64,000 nt of DNA from Mustelus asterias (Eukaryota): positions 47,120,001 through 47,184,000 of the forward strand of contig NC_135809.1 of NCBI RefSeq assembly GCF_964213995.1, in the 5' to 3' direction. Under the pieces are notes generated by a model. It saw only the letters and a list, made by a program, of their open reading frames with translations. It searched no databases and was not told the DNA's origin. Position numbers and translations under genes: made by a program. Shown here piece by piece: positions 63,691-64,000 of this stretch. How positions within the stretch are numbered: position 1 is the stretch's first letter; each line of letters opens with the position of its first letter.

Positions 63691-64000
63691 TTTTGTGTTC
63701 ACTCTTTGAATAGCAATTACCTCGAGTTTGTTTACCAGATTCTCAGCCGACATTTGCATTCATCCTGTATTAATTCAATCCACAAACTAAAAATTATACT
63801 TCTAAACCATATGTATCATTAGACATTTGTGACAATTATTTAAAATTACATTAAAATATAAAACCTCTTGAATATGTACAAATTGGAATTGTTTTGACCG
63901 TAATAAAACAACATTGTCTGAGCTTCCGTTTTTCCAGATGCATATTGGAAATTAAGTGCATATTTTATACTTCCATAAGAACAAGAGTAGGCCATTTAGC

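Overview
Vertebrate genomic DNA, almost certainly from a shark or other cartilaginous fish (inferred from HE1/V-SINEs, HER1-like CR1 LINEs and a DeuSINE). Most of the window is nested, decayed transposable elements: CR1, Rex1/Babar, RTE, Tx1 and L2 LINEs, Penelope-like elements with minimal hammerhead ribozymes, Gmr1-type Gypsy elements and solo LTRs, Harbinger-type MITEs, and a spliced Harbinger Myb/SANT gene relic. No complete host protein-coding gene is recognisable. A CpG-island promoter with a probable non-coding first exon lies at ~30.2-30.45 kb (+), so the right half is probably intron 1 of an unidentified gene. The most unusual element is a 5'-truncated snakehead-retrovirus-like ERV (16.5-23.7 kb, -) with a gamma-type env flanked by two small hydrophobic ORFs. 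Three local templated insertions (two inverted, one direct) also occur. Boundaries were read by eye and are approximate unless an exact motif is quoted.
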